Assembly: GCA_024234165.1 (NCBI GenBank)
Contig: JACKOP010000003.1
Location: 577,809-641,808 of the forward strand
Direction of reading: 5' to 3'
Length of the DNA: 64,000 nucleotides
From: Pseudomonadales bacterium
GTDB taxonomy: Bacteria; Pseudomonadota; Gammaproteobacteria; Pseudomonadales; UBA5518
The position numbers and the translations under genes are program-made. Under the pieces are notes generated by a model. The model saw nothing but the letters and a program-made list of their open reading frames with translations. It had not been told where the DNA came from and ran no database searches. Each line of letters opens with the position of its first letter. Within the stretch, counting starts at the first letter, position 1. Positions 52,934 through 61,536 of the stretch are shown here, piece after piece.

Positions 52934-53122
52934 ATGCCGCTGAATGACGCGCAAATCCGCAACGCCAAGCCGACGGAAAGGGCTTGCCGCCTGAGCGACG
53001 GGGGCGGAATGTTCCTCGAAGTGTCGCCATCAGGCGCGAGGTACTGGCGGCTGTCCTATCGTGTCGGCGTCAAGCAAGAGACGCTGGCGCTCGGCGTCTA
53101 TCCTGCCGTGAGCCTACGCGAT
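52934..53122 (+). pseudogene. Truncated P4-type tyrosine integrase; only the N-terminal Arm/DUF4102-like ~63 codons remain
   Basis: MPLNDAQIRNAKPTERACRLSDGGGMFLEVSPSGARYWRLSYRVGVKQETLALGVYPAVSLRD matches the conserved N-terminus of tRNA-associated island integrases. Similarity ends near 53122 and no catalytic domain follows. Confidence 0.8.
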
Positions 53123-53156
53123 CAAAACCTGGATTTCCCCTGGGGTTTTGTCGTCG

Positions 53157-53846
53157 CTACGACGCGTTGAAGGCCGTCGCATAGCTGCGGTGCAGAAAAT
53201 CCAGATCGGCAGCGGGGATGGCTCCCCAATGACGGGCAAGCTGGGCCATGTCACGCGAAGATGCGTTTGCGACGCGCAGGCGGTGCCGGCACTTTTCCAG
53301 ATCCAGCAGAGCCACCTCGGCCACGGCATCGCCGGTGAGCAGTGTTTCCGCCTTGACGAAGATGTGTTTGGGGTAGCAGCAGCCGTGCTGCCAGCGTGCG
53401 TGGTGCAGGCGGGCCAGGCTTGCCGCAAGCTGGCGCAGAATCGCCTGATTGAGCGTGGCTGCAGGAGCACCGGCGTACCAATGATCCAGGCTGACGAAGC
53501 CGCTGAGTGCTTCGGTGATGAGCAATGCCTGCCACTGACCCTGGTGCTTGCGAGCACCACCAAAGACCACGCGCGGCACCTGGATCCCCAGGCGTGCGAT
53601 CGCCTCGTAGGCCTGCAGTTCACGCAGAATGGTAGGCTGCCCGCAGGGGTGGCGCAGGCTGCGGTAAATGTGTCCGGTCTGACGCTTGCAGTACAGCGGC
53701 GGCAGGCGAGGGTCATCCTGCATCAGCAACTGCACGCCGCTGTTGCCGCCACGACGAATGTTCTCGGGTTCGACCCACTGCCCCTGCCGGTCCCACCAGC
53801 ATTGGAATTCGCTTACCGGCGCGGCAGCAGTGCTCGCTACAGTCAT
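53157..53846 (-). CDS. inaA: Lipopolysaccharide kinase family protein, InaA-like (Kdo/WaaP family)
   Basis: The ATG at 53846 inside ORF 53157..53945 gives 229 aa. WWDRQGQWVEPENIRRGGNSGVQ...GQPTILRE resembles E. coli InaA as I recall it. Confidence 0.7.
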   Translation of the reverse strand: MTVASTAAAPVSEFQCWWDRQGQWVEPENIRRGGNSGVQLLMQDDPRLPPLYCKRQTGHIYRSLRHPCGQPTILRELQAYEAIARLGIQVPRVVFGGARKHQGQWQALLITEALSGFVSLDHWYAGAPAATLNQAILRQLAASLARLHHARWQHGCCYPKHIFVKAETLLTGDAVAEVALLDLEKCRHRLRVANASSRDMAQLARHWGAIPAADLDFLHRSYATAFNAS

Positions 53847-53853
53847 GTTGTGG

Positions 53854-54552
53854 TCAGTTCGTCTTGCGCAGCACGTAGGTTCGCCACATCGCATACCGTG
53901 GCAGGAAGTCCAGCCGCGCGAGGATATCAAAGCCGGCTTGCGCAAACTCCTGTTCGATCACCCTGCGCGACACGATGAATCGGTTCAGGTTTGCGGCATC
54001 CGATTTGCGTGCTGCACGACGCTGCTCGAGGCGGCGACGTTTCCACGCCTTGTAGTTGCCGTCCACCCATAACGACACGATCGCGGTATCGCGACTGACA
54101 CGGTGGAATTCGCGCAGGATGGTCAGCCGGTTGGCCGGTGCTTCGACGTGGTGCAACAGCCGGATGCAGAACACGCAGTCCACAGCCTCGTCATCGAGGT
54201 CGATGGCGAACGCCGAAGTCTGGAATGCGTGTACTCGTGACGTTACTTCCGGCGGGTGGGCGGCCTGTGCCGTGGCCAGCATGTCCGCGGAGTTGTCGGC
54301 GGCGAATACGACCCGGTTCGGCTGCTCGCACAACAAGGGCCAGAAGCGCCCGGCGCCGCAGGGAAGGTCCAGAACCAGGCTGGGCTCACCGGCAATCTTC
54401 AGCGCGCGTCGCGCAAGCTGCACGTCGCGCCAGTTCGAGAGGCGGCGCGCGAGTCCATCCTGATGCTTGTGCAGATACTGTCGTGCGTGTTCACGATCGT
54501 ATTTGCGCGAAAAATCGAGTTCGATGACGTTCTGTTTTGGCATCAGAGGCAC
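53854..54552 (-). CDS. Class I SAM-dependent methyltransferase
   Basis: Motif I VLDLPCGAGRF. It stops 8 nt before the inaA-like start. Start is GTG 54552 or ATG 54543. Confidence 0.8.
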   Translation of the reverse strand: MPLMPKQNVIELDFSRKYDREHARQYLHKHQDGLARRLSNWRDVQLARRALKIAGEPSLVLDLPCGAGRFWPLLCEQPNRVVFAADNSADMLATAQAAHPPEVTSRVHAFQTSAFAIDLDDEAVDCVFCIRLLHHVEAPANRLTILREFHRVSRDTAIVSLWVDGNYKAWKRRRLEQRRAARKSDAANLNRFIVSRRVIEQEFAQAGFDILARLDFLPRYAMWRTYVLRKTN

Positions 54553-54590
54553 TTGCGCGGTGGATTTCCCGTTACCCTAAAAATGCGGGT

Positions 54591-54608
54591 GTGAAAATTT
54601 CGTCAAAA
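54591..54608 (-). promoter_or_regulatory. Direct repeat TTTTGAC-N4-TTTTCAC, candidate OmpR-family response-regulator site
   Basis: On the minus strand this reads TTTTGACgaaaTTTTCAC with an 11-bp period. It sits in the AT-rich 68-bp spacer between the kinase stop and the methyltransferase start. Confidence 0.4.
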
Positions 54609-54620
54609 CACATGAATTCG

Positions 54621-55910
54621 TCAAGATCGATTGCCCATCGATACCCTGAAACAGCTTCCGCCGCCCGGATCGCTGTGTACGCTGATTTCCCAGTCCTGCC
54701 GGGTGCAGATGCGCTTGACCAGTGACAACCCGAGACCCAGCCCGTCTCCGCGTGTCCTGGAACCACGCACGAAGGGCTCGAAAATTCTCGTCTGATCGGC
54801 TGATGGAATTCCGCTGCCGCTGTCCTCGACGCGGAACGCACCGTATTCCAGTACCAGGTGCACGTAGCCCTGTTCGGTGTAGTGCAAGGCGTTGCGCAGC
54901 AGGTTTCCGATCACGCTGCGCAGCAGCGTGGCGTTGTACAGCGTGTCGTCCTTTCCTTCCTCGATGAACTCGAAGTCGAGTCCCTTCGCCCGTATCAGCT
55001 CGCCCCAGCGTCTTACTTCCTCTGCCGCCACCGTGTCCAGCCGGGCAGTGCGGGCAAAAGTCGTCCCGTTGTTCTTGTCGCGTGCCAATTGCATGAAGGT
55101 TTCCACCAGTTCACGCATTTCCTCGACGGCACGGGCGATGCGCGATACCTGTTCGTGTTCGCGTTGGCCCAGTGGCGCTTCGGCCAGCAGTTCGCAGGAA
55201 CTGGCCATGATCATCAGCGGTGTGCGCAACTCGTGGCTGGCGTCGGCAGCAAACAGGCGCTCACGTTCCAGCATCTGGCGGATCCGGTCCAGCGTGCTGT
55301 CAAACGCGGCAGCCAGTTGGCCGATTTCGTCATTCGCATACTCGGGGGCGAGCGGGGGTGCGGCGGCGTGAAGCTGGTCGCGATGGCGCACCTGTGACGC
55401 CAGCCGGATGACCGGAGCCATGACCTTTCGCGCCATCATGTAACCCAGTCCCCAGGCGCTCAGGACCGACAGCACGAAGCCCACGAGTACGGCCATGAAA
55501 AGGGTGTCCTCACGCCGCTCGAATTCGTTTTGCTCCTCCAGCAGCATATACGTGTGGCCATCGATGACCCGGGTGTACGCGTAGTACGCATCGTCTCCAT
55601 GCTCGACTTCGGTGAACCCCTCCTTCAAGCCCTGCAGATATGCCGGAATCGCGTATCCATCGAGTTCGGAAGAGAAGAATTGCGTGTCGGCATCGTGTCG
55701 TGGCGGGCGTCCCTGGCGGATGTCCTGCTGCAGCACGTCGTCGAGATCGCGGCCAAGCTCACGGGATACCAGGTGTGCTTCGACGAAGTGGACCACGGCA
55801 ACGATGCCGAGCGAGAACATCCCGCTCACGGCCGCCGTCATGAGCACGAACGCCACCAGAAGGCGGCGCGCAAAAGGCTGTCTAGGCCTGGTCATCAGGC
55901 AGCTCCGCAA
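54621..55910 (-). CDS. Two-component sensor histidine kinase (ColS-like by gene context)
   Basis: Two TM helices flank a ~100-aa periplasmic loop containing EEQNEFERRE. HAMP domain, H-box ADASHELRTPL and an HATPase_c domain are present. An alternative start at ATG 55895 would overlap the regulator gene end. Confidence 0.88.
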   Translation of the reverse strand: MRSCLMTRPRQPFARRLLVAFVLMTAAVSGMFSLGIVAVVHFVEAHLVSRELGRDLDDVLQQDIRQGRPPRHDADTQFFSSELDGYAIPAYLQGLKEGFTEVEHGDDAYYAYTRVIDGHTYMLLEEQNEFERREDTLFMAVLVGFVLSVLSAWGLGYMMARKVMAPVIRLASQVRHRDQLHAAAPPLAPEYANDEIGQLAAAFDSTLDRIRQMLERERLFAADASHELRTPLMIMASSCELLAEAPLGQREHEQVSRIARAVEEMRELVETFMQLARDKNNGTTFARTARLDTVAAEEVRRWGELIRAKGLDFEFIEEGKDDTLYNATLLRSVIGNLLRNALHYTEQGYVHLVLEYGAFRVEDSGSGIPSADQTRIFEPFVRGSRTRGDGLGLGLSLVKRICTRQDWEISVHSDPGGGSCFRVSMGNRS

Positions 55911-56568
55911 GCCGGTAGCCCACGCTGTGAATGGTATGCAGCAGCGGCTTGTCGAAAGGCTTGTCGACTATCTGGCGAAGCTGGTGGACGTGGCTGCGCA
56001 GGCTGTCGCTGTCCGGGCTGTCCTCGCCCCAGAGCGCTTCTTCCAGTACTTCGCGGCGTACCACGGCCGGGCTTTTCTGCATCAGGATGGCCAGCAATCT
56101 GAGCCCGAGCGGGTTCAGCTTGAGCGTTTGTCCGCGGCGACTCACCTGCAGGGTGTCGAGGTCATAACACAGATCGGCCACCCGTAACAGGCGTTTATGT
56201 CCGCCGCTGCTGCGACGCAGGATGGCTTCGATCCGCGCGACCAGCTCCGACAGCGCAAAGGGCTTGATCAGGTAATCGTCCGCGCCGACCTGCAGGCCCT
56301 GCAGGCGATCCTCGAGCGCATCACGTGCCGTCAGCATCAGGATCGGAACCTCGCTGCGGCTGTCTTCGCGCAGGCGCCTGCAGACCTGGTAGCCATCGAT
56401 GCCCGGCAGCATGACGTCGAGCACGATCAGGTCGTAATGCCCGCTGCTCGCCAGATGCAGCCCGCTCAGGCCATCCTGCGCGCAGTCCACGCTGAAGCCC
56501 TTCAACTGCAGGTAGTCGAGCACGTTGGCGAGGATGTCGCGGTTGTCTTCGATGACCAGAATGCGCAT
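55882..56568 (-). CDS. OmpR-family response regulator (ColR-like by gene context)
   Basis: The ATG at 56568 inside ORF 55882..56985 gives 228 aa. Receiver domain (MRILVIEDN, DLIVLDVMLPGIDG, ILMLTA) plus a winged-helix output domain (HTIHSVGYRL). Confidence 0.9.
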   Translation of the reverse strand: MRILVIEDNRDILANVLDYLQLKGFSVDCAQDGLSGLHLASSGHYDLIVLDVMLPGIDGYQVCRRLREDSRSEVPILMLTARDALEDRLQGLQVGADDYLIKPFALSELVARIEAILRRSSGGHKRLLRVADLCYDLDTLQVSRRGQTLKLNPLGLRLLAILMQKSPAVVRREVLEEALWGEDSPDSDSLRSHVHQLRQIVDKPFDKPLLHTIHSVGYRLAELPDDQA

Positions 56569-56848
56569 TGCCTTCTCGTTCCCGGTTCCGATGTTGTCTG
56601 CATACGATGTCTGCATCCGTTCCGCAAGAGAGCAGGCGGACGACGCAGCCGTTTGATCCCTCCGGAGCCAAAAATATCCCGATCGATCAGCCGCAGCATC
56701 GATGTCATTACAGCGTTGCGATCTTGGCGTTGCCGTCAGTGCTGCGGGCGGCTGCGCAGCGCGTTTATAATCCTGTTGCCCAAGCGGCTGGAAAGTTGCA
56801 GTTCGGGAATATCGAAGCAAGGTCCGGGAGCTGGCGGAGGAGGACGAC

Positions 56849-59131
56849 ATGAACGAGGCCGTGGTTGTCGCAGACAGTCCTGGTGCCGGTGTGGGGTCGC
56901 ACATCGAAACCGTGCGCCGCTCGTGTCCGATCTGCGAGGCGAGTTGTGGGCTGCTGGTCCAGGTCGACCGCCGCAACGACAGCATATTGTCCGTGCGTGG
57001 CGATCCGAACGACCATCGCAGCGGTGGCTACGTGTGCGCCAAATCGCAGGCTATTCACCATGTCCACGACGATCCCGAGCGCCTGCGCCATCCGGTGAGG
57101 CGTACTGCGAACGGATGGGAGCAGATTTCCTGGGAAGAAGCGCTGCATACGGTTGCCAGCCGCCTCAGCGCGATTCGCGCCGAGCACGGCAAGGATGCCA
57201 TCGCCATCTACGTAGGTGAGCCTACCGGCCACGACTACGGCGCACAGCTCTACCTGCAGCCGCTGATGAAGCTGTTCCAGACCGAGCGCTTCTTCTCGTC
57301 GGGTACGGTCGACCAGCATCCGCAGCAGATGGTCTGCCATGCGTTGTTCGGCCAGCAATGGGCCTTCCCGGTGCCGGACCTCGACCACACCGATCTGTTC
57401 ATCTGCATGGGTGCCAACCCGCGGGTATCGCAGGGCAGCGTGATGTCGGCGCCGGATGTGGGGCGTCGCCTCGACGAGCTGCAGGCGCGTGGCGGCAAGG
57501 TGGTCGTGATCGATCCGCGGCGCAACGAGACGGCGGCTGCGGCTGACCAGCACATATTCATCCGTCCGGGTACCGATGCCTTCTTCCTGCTGGCGTTCGT
57601 CAACGTGCTGTTTGCCGGTCATGGTGTCGATCCGGGTCGGCTTGGGCCACTGATCGACGGCATCGATGGACTGCGGGCATTGACTGACGGTTTTACCCCG
57701 GAGAACACGGCGGCGATCACCGGTGTGGCCCCAGAGGTGCTGCGCGACCTGGTGCGTCTGTACCAGGGCACCGAACGCGCCACCCTGTACGGGCGCTGCG
57801 GCGTGAGCACGCAGCGCTTCGGTACGCTGGCGCACTGGTTGATCTGTGCGATCAGCCTGCTCACCGGCAAGCTCGATCGGCGTGGCGGCATGATGTTTCC
57901 GCGCCCAGCGACCGGCATGTCCGGCCCGGCCAGCGAGGCTGCGCACGCGCCTCCCTACGGCCGCTGGCATTCGCGGGTGCGCGGCTTTCCCGAAACCTGC
58001 GGTGAGCTGCCAGCCTCGCTGATGGCAGAAGAAATCACCGCTCCGGGCAAGGACCGGGTGCGTGCCGTGATGACGCTGTGCGGCAACCCGGTGCTCAGCG
58101 TGCCGAACGGCAAGCGCATTCGCGAAGCGATGAAATCCGTGGACTTCATGGTGGCGATGGATATCTACATCAACGAGACCACCAGCCAGGCAGACATCAT
58201 CCTGCCCTCCCGCTCGCAACTGGAACGCAACAATTGCGATCTGATGTCGCAGAGCACGAGCTTGCGCAATTTCGTCAACTATTCGCCGGCAGTGCTGCCG
58301 CCTGACCCGGGGTCGATGGACCTGTGGGAGATCCTCCTCGAGATCACGGCGCGTGTAGCCGGCATCGATGCGCCAACCATGGATGACATGATCATCGAAG
58401 GTCTGGTGCAACAGCTTGCCGCAGTGCCGGGGCGCAACGTGGACGCTGCAACGATGCTGGTCAGGCTCGGCGAGACGGGCGGTCCCGAACGCATGCTCGA
58501 CGCCATGCTGCGCTGCGGGCCGTATGGTGATGGTTTCGACGATGCGGCCGATGGTCTGTCGCTGGCCAAGGTGATTGCCGGTGATCGTTGTGTGGATCTT
58601 GGTCCGATGCAGCCGGCGTTGCCGCAAGCACTGCGTACGCCGGGCGGTCGCATCGATCTGATGCACCATATCTTCACCGACGATCTGCCGCGGCTGCGCG
58701 CGGAGTTCGAACGCCGTGGCAGTTGTGGGCCCAGCGACATGTTGCTGATCGGGCGTCGCCACCTGCGCGACATGAACAGCTGGCTGCACAACCAGCGTGC
58801 GTACGTGCGTGGCAGGAATCGTTGCACCCTGAAGGTGCATCCCGACGACGCCCTTCGCATTGGCCTGATCGATGGTGGCCGCGCCCGTGTGAGCTCGCGT
58901 GTCGGCAGCGCGGAAGTGATCGTCGAGGTCAGCGACGAAGTGATGACTGGCGTGGTCAGCCTGCCGCACGGCTTCGGGCACCGTTACGGTGATTCATTGC
59001 AGTCGATCGCCACGTCGGTACAGCCCGGTGTGAGCTGCAATGACCTGATCGACGACGACGTGCTGGATATGGCTTCCGGCACCAGCGTGGTCAATGGTGC
59101 TGCCGTGCAGTTGTTTCCGCTCGAACCCTGA
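56849..59131 (+). CDS. Molybdopterin-dependent oxidoreductase (MopB superfamily), cytoplasmic, stand-alone
   Basis: 760 aa. N-terminal 4Fe-4S motif CPICEASCG...C, and a C-terminal molybdopterin dinucleotide-binding beta-barrel (TLKVHPDDALRIGL...). There is no twin-arginine signal and no partner subunit gene adjacent. Confidence 0.85.
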   Translation: MNEAVVVADSPGAGVGSHIETVRRSCPICEASCGLLVQVDRRNDSILSVRGDPNDHRSGGYVCAKSQAIHHVHDDPERLRHPVRRTANGWEQISWEEALHTVASRLSAIRAEHGKDAIAIYVGEPTGHDYGAQLYLQPLMKLFQTERFFSSGTVDQHPQQMVCHALFGQQWAFPVPDLDHTDLFICMGANPRVSQGSVMSAPDVGRRLDELQARGGKVVVIDPRRNETAAAADQHIFIRPGTDAFFLLAFVNVLFAGHGVDPGRLGPLIDGIDGLRALTDGFTPENTAAITGVAPEVLRDLVRLYQGTERATLYGRCGVSTQRFGTLAHWLICAISLLTGKLDRRGGMMFPRPATGMSGPASEAAHAPPYGRWHSRVRGFPETCGELPASLMAEEITAPGKDRVRAVMTLCGNPVLSVPNGKRIREAMKSVDFMVAMDIYINETTSQADIILPSRSQLERNNCDLMSQSTSLRNFVNYSPAVLPPDPGSMDLWEILLEITARVAGIDAPTMDDMIIEGLVQQLAAVPGRNVDAATMLVRLGETGGPERMLDAMLRCGPYGDGFDDAADGLSLAKVIAGDRCVDLGPMQPALPQALRTPGGRIDLMHHIFTDDLPRLRAEFERRGSCGPSDMLLIGRRHLRDMNSWLHNQRAYVRGRNRCTLKVHPDDALRIGLIDGGRARVSSRVGSAEVIVEVSDEVMTGVVSLPHGFGHRYGDSLQSIATSVQPGVSCNDLIDDDVLDMASGTSVVNGAAVQLFPLEP

Positions 59132-59304
59132 CGCCGGCGGGCAGGGGCATTGCTCTGCCTGTCCTTCATCTCGGTCGATCTGGTGCGACGGCAGGAACTC
59201 TGGCTCGGCGGCCCCGATGCCGGATCTGGCGCGGTACGCTGAACCGTCCTGGCGGTTTTCGGCAGAACCTCTGCCCACTGGACTGCCGGGCAAAGGGAGT
59301 GGTC

Positions 59305-60033
59305 ATGGAAAAGCTGATCTACGTGCTGTGGAAGGACGGGAGCGAAGCGCTGCCTGCCTTCAATAGTCGTCTTCTGGGTCCGGTGCGCGCGGCGCTGCGA
59401 GAGCTCGGCGTCGAGAGGCTGCAGTTCAACATCGTCGACGACGTGGTCGCGCCGGGTGCGCATATGCGCGCCGAGCCGGTGAAACCCGCGCCCGACGCGC
59501 TCGTCTCGTTCTGGCTGAATTCGGCGAACATCCGCACCCGGGTCGAGGCGGTGCTCGACGAGTCGGTCACGCGCATCGCCGGCTACGCGGTGGCGGAGTC
59601 CACGCCGCGCGCCAACGCCGACTCACCCGGCAAGGACGATCGCGTGCCCGGCTTCTCGCAGATCGCCTTCCTGTTCAAGCGCCCGGACATCACGCGCGAC
59701 GGCTACATGGATATCTGGATGCGCGACCAGACCGTGGTCGGGATGGAGACGCAGGACAGCTTCTACTATTGCCAGAACATCGTGACGCGCGTGCTGACCG
59801 CCGGCGCGCCGATGTGGGACGGCATCGTGGAGGAATGCTACGCGCTCGAAGCCATGACCGACCCGCTGGTGTACTGGAACGCCGGCGGCAAGGAAGCGGC
59901 TTTCAAGGCCAACCACAAGCGTGAGATGAACAACGTCGCGCGCTTCCTCGATCTGGCTCGCGGTTCGGTGATCCTCACCTCCGCCTATCGATGCGGTGGC
60001 TGGGCCGATCCCGCGGAAGGGGGCAAACGATGA
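59305..60033 (+). CDS. Hypothetical protein with two EthD-like (dimeric alpha/beta-barrel) halves
   Basis: The ATG at 59305 has an AGGGAG Shine-Dalgarno. 242 aa. Both halves begin like EthD domains (KLIYVLWK..., [20 protein letters not shown]). The family assignment is tentative. Confidence 0.55.
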   Translation: MEKLIYVLWKDGSEALPAFNSRLLGPVRAALRELGVERLQFNIVDDVVAPGAHMRAEPVKPAPDALVSFWLNSANIRTRVEAVLDESVTRIAGYAVAESTPRANADSPGKDDRVPGFSQIAFLFKRPDITRDGYMDIWMRDQTVVGMETQDSFYYCQNIVTRVLTAGAPMWDGIVEECYALEAMTDPLVYWNAGGKEAAFKANHKREMNNVARFLDLARGSVILTSAYRCGGWADPAEGGKR

Positions 60034-60115
60034 GCAAACCAGTCGAGGGCAAGGTTGTCTTCATCACCACCGGCGCTGCGTACGCCTCTGGACCCTCCTT
60101 CCTGGACAGAGTGAA
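60030..60115 (+). pseudogene. Possible remnant of a short-chain dehydrogenase N-terminus
   Basis: An ATGA-coupled start gives [34 protein letters not shown]. This resembles a corrupted SDR TGxxxGxG region, and all similarity is then lost. Confidence 0.25.
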
Positions 60116-60219
60116 GGTGGAGGCCGACGGCACGTCCACAGGGTTGAACGCCGGATTGAGACATTTGGCGGTGCGCGCCCTCAGCCAAGCCGCTCGCGCC
60201 GCTCCAGTCCTGCCCGAAC

Positions 60220-60249
60220 CGCAGGGGCGACCGGACGGTCGCCCCTGCG
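60220..60249. other. Near-perfect 14-nt inverted repeat between convergent genes
   Basis: CGCAGGGGCGACCG-ga-CGGTCGCCCCTGCG. No U-tract on either side. Confidence 0.6.
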
Positions 60250-60276
60250 GGCGCGCCCTGACGCGCAGCCCGGCTT

Positions 60277-61425
60277 TCAGCGCAGGCTGCGAACGAACTC
60301 GCGCAGTTCGGCGACGAATAGCGCGGGCTGTTCCATCGCGGCAAAGTGTCCGCCGCGTGGCTGCTCGCTCCAGCGCACCACGTTGCAGCTCTTTTCGACC
60401 ATCGAGCGCGGATAGCGCGTGAGCTCGCCGGGGAAGTTGGCGACCGCAACGGGTTTGAGTACCCGTGCACCGGGCGGAACCGGCTCGTCCAGCACGCCGC
60501 GATACAGCCACGAGGCGGTGCCGAAGGTTCCGGTCGCCAGATAGACCATGATGTTGTCGATGATCCTCTCGCGCGAATGGACTGCCCAGAGGTCGCCGTC
60601 GGGCAGGTCCGACCAGCGGTGGAATTTCTCGAGAATCCAGGCGGCAACGCCGAGCGGGCTGTCGCCCATCGCGTAGGAGAGCGTCTGCGGCTTGGTCGAC
60701 TGGATGACCATGTAGCCACTCTCGACGCGCCACATGTTGCCGATAGCCGTCACCGCGGCGATTTCCTCTGCGGTTTCGGGGCGCGTGTCGGGGTTGGTCC
60801 ATCCGAACGTGAAGTTGAGGTGAACGGCCGTGCAGCCTGGTGCTTCGTAGCCGAGCCAGCTCGATACCGAGGCGCCCCAGTCACCGCCCTGGGCTACGTA
60901 ATCGCGATAGCCGAGCACAGCCATCGCAGCGTCGAAGGCGCGCGCGATCGTCCGTGGTCCGATCGGCTTGCGTGGCTTGGACGAAAAGCCGTAGCCGATC
61001 AGTGACGGGATCACGACGCTCAGCGCGTCGGCGGCGTCGCCTCCGTGCGCGGCCGGGTCGGTCAGTGGTTCGATCACGTCGAGGAATTCGACGAATGAAC
61101 CCGGCCAGCCGTGGGTGATCAGTACCGGCTTCGGCTGCGGCTGCGGTCCGCGGCCGGTGACGTGGATGAGGTGGATCGAGTACGGCGTTCCGTCCACGTC
61201 GACATCGACCAGGAACTGCGCAAAGCGGTTCATTGCCGCCTCACGTGCGCGCCAGTCGTATGCGCTGCGCCAATGCTCGACCAGATCGCGCAGCACGGTG
61301 ATGCTGGTGCCGTAGGCCCAGGGCTCTCCCTCGGCGGGGTCGGGCCATTGCGCCTCGTCGAGCCGGCGGGCGATCCAGTCGAGGCGTTCGTCAGGGATGG
61401 CGATCGTGAAGGGACGGATACTCAT
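60277..61425 (-). CDS. Epoxide hydrolase (alpha/beta hydrolase with N-terminal EHN domain)
   Basis: The ATG at 61425 inside ORF 60277..62763 gives 382 aa. The oxyanion motif HGWPGS, the nucleophile region GGDWGA and the C-terminal GGHFAA are present. Confidence 0.85.
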   Translation of the reverse strand: MSIRPFTIAIPDERLDWIARRLDEAQWPDPAEGEPWAYGTSITVLRDLVEHWRSAYDWRAREAAMNRFAQFLVDVDVDGTPYSIHLIHVTGRGPQPQPKPVLITHGWPGSFVEFLDVIEPLTDPAAHGGDAADALSVVIPSLIGYGFSSKPRKPIGPRTIARAFDAAMAVLGYRDYVAQGGDWGASVSSWLGYEAPGCTAVHLNFTFGWTNPDTRPETAEEIAAVTAIGNMWRVESGYMVIQSTKPQTLSYAMGDSPLGVAAWILEKFHRWSDLPDGDLWAVHSRERIIDNIMVYLATGTFGTASWLYRGVLDEPVPPGARVLKPVAVANFPGELTRYPRSMVEKSCNVVRWSEQPRGGHFAAMEQPALFVAELREFVRSLR

Positions 61426-61536
61426 GAACGAGGCTCCCAGGCTGGCTGTTGCGAGTGTGACATCCTGCGCCTGCGTCACCCCGGCGCACGGCGTTACAAT
61501 AATGGCCCGTTTGCCGCTTGTCGCCGTGTCTGCAGC

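Noticed and set aside
56788-56800. TGGAAAGTTGCA as a sigma-54 (-24/-12) promoter.
   Set aside because: The GG and GC dinucleotides are 8 nt apart rather than the 12 nt offset in the consensus TGGCACG-N4-TTGCW (about 10 intervening nt), so the geometry is wrong.
56650-56848. Possible Moco riboswitch upstream of the molybdopterin oxidoreductase (CCCTCCGGAGCC caught my eye).
   Set aside because: I cannot reconstruct the conserved Moco-motif helices from this sequence. The likely 5' UTR downstream of the TATAAT at 56766 is only ~70 nt, too short for that element. A covariance-model scan (Rfam MOCO_RNA_motif) would settle it.
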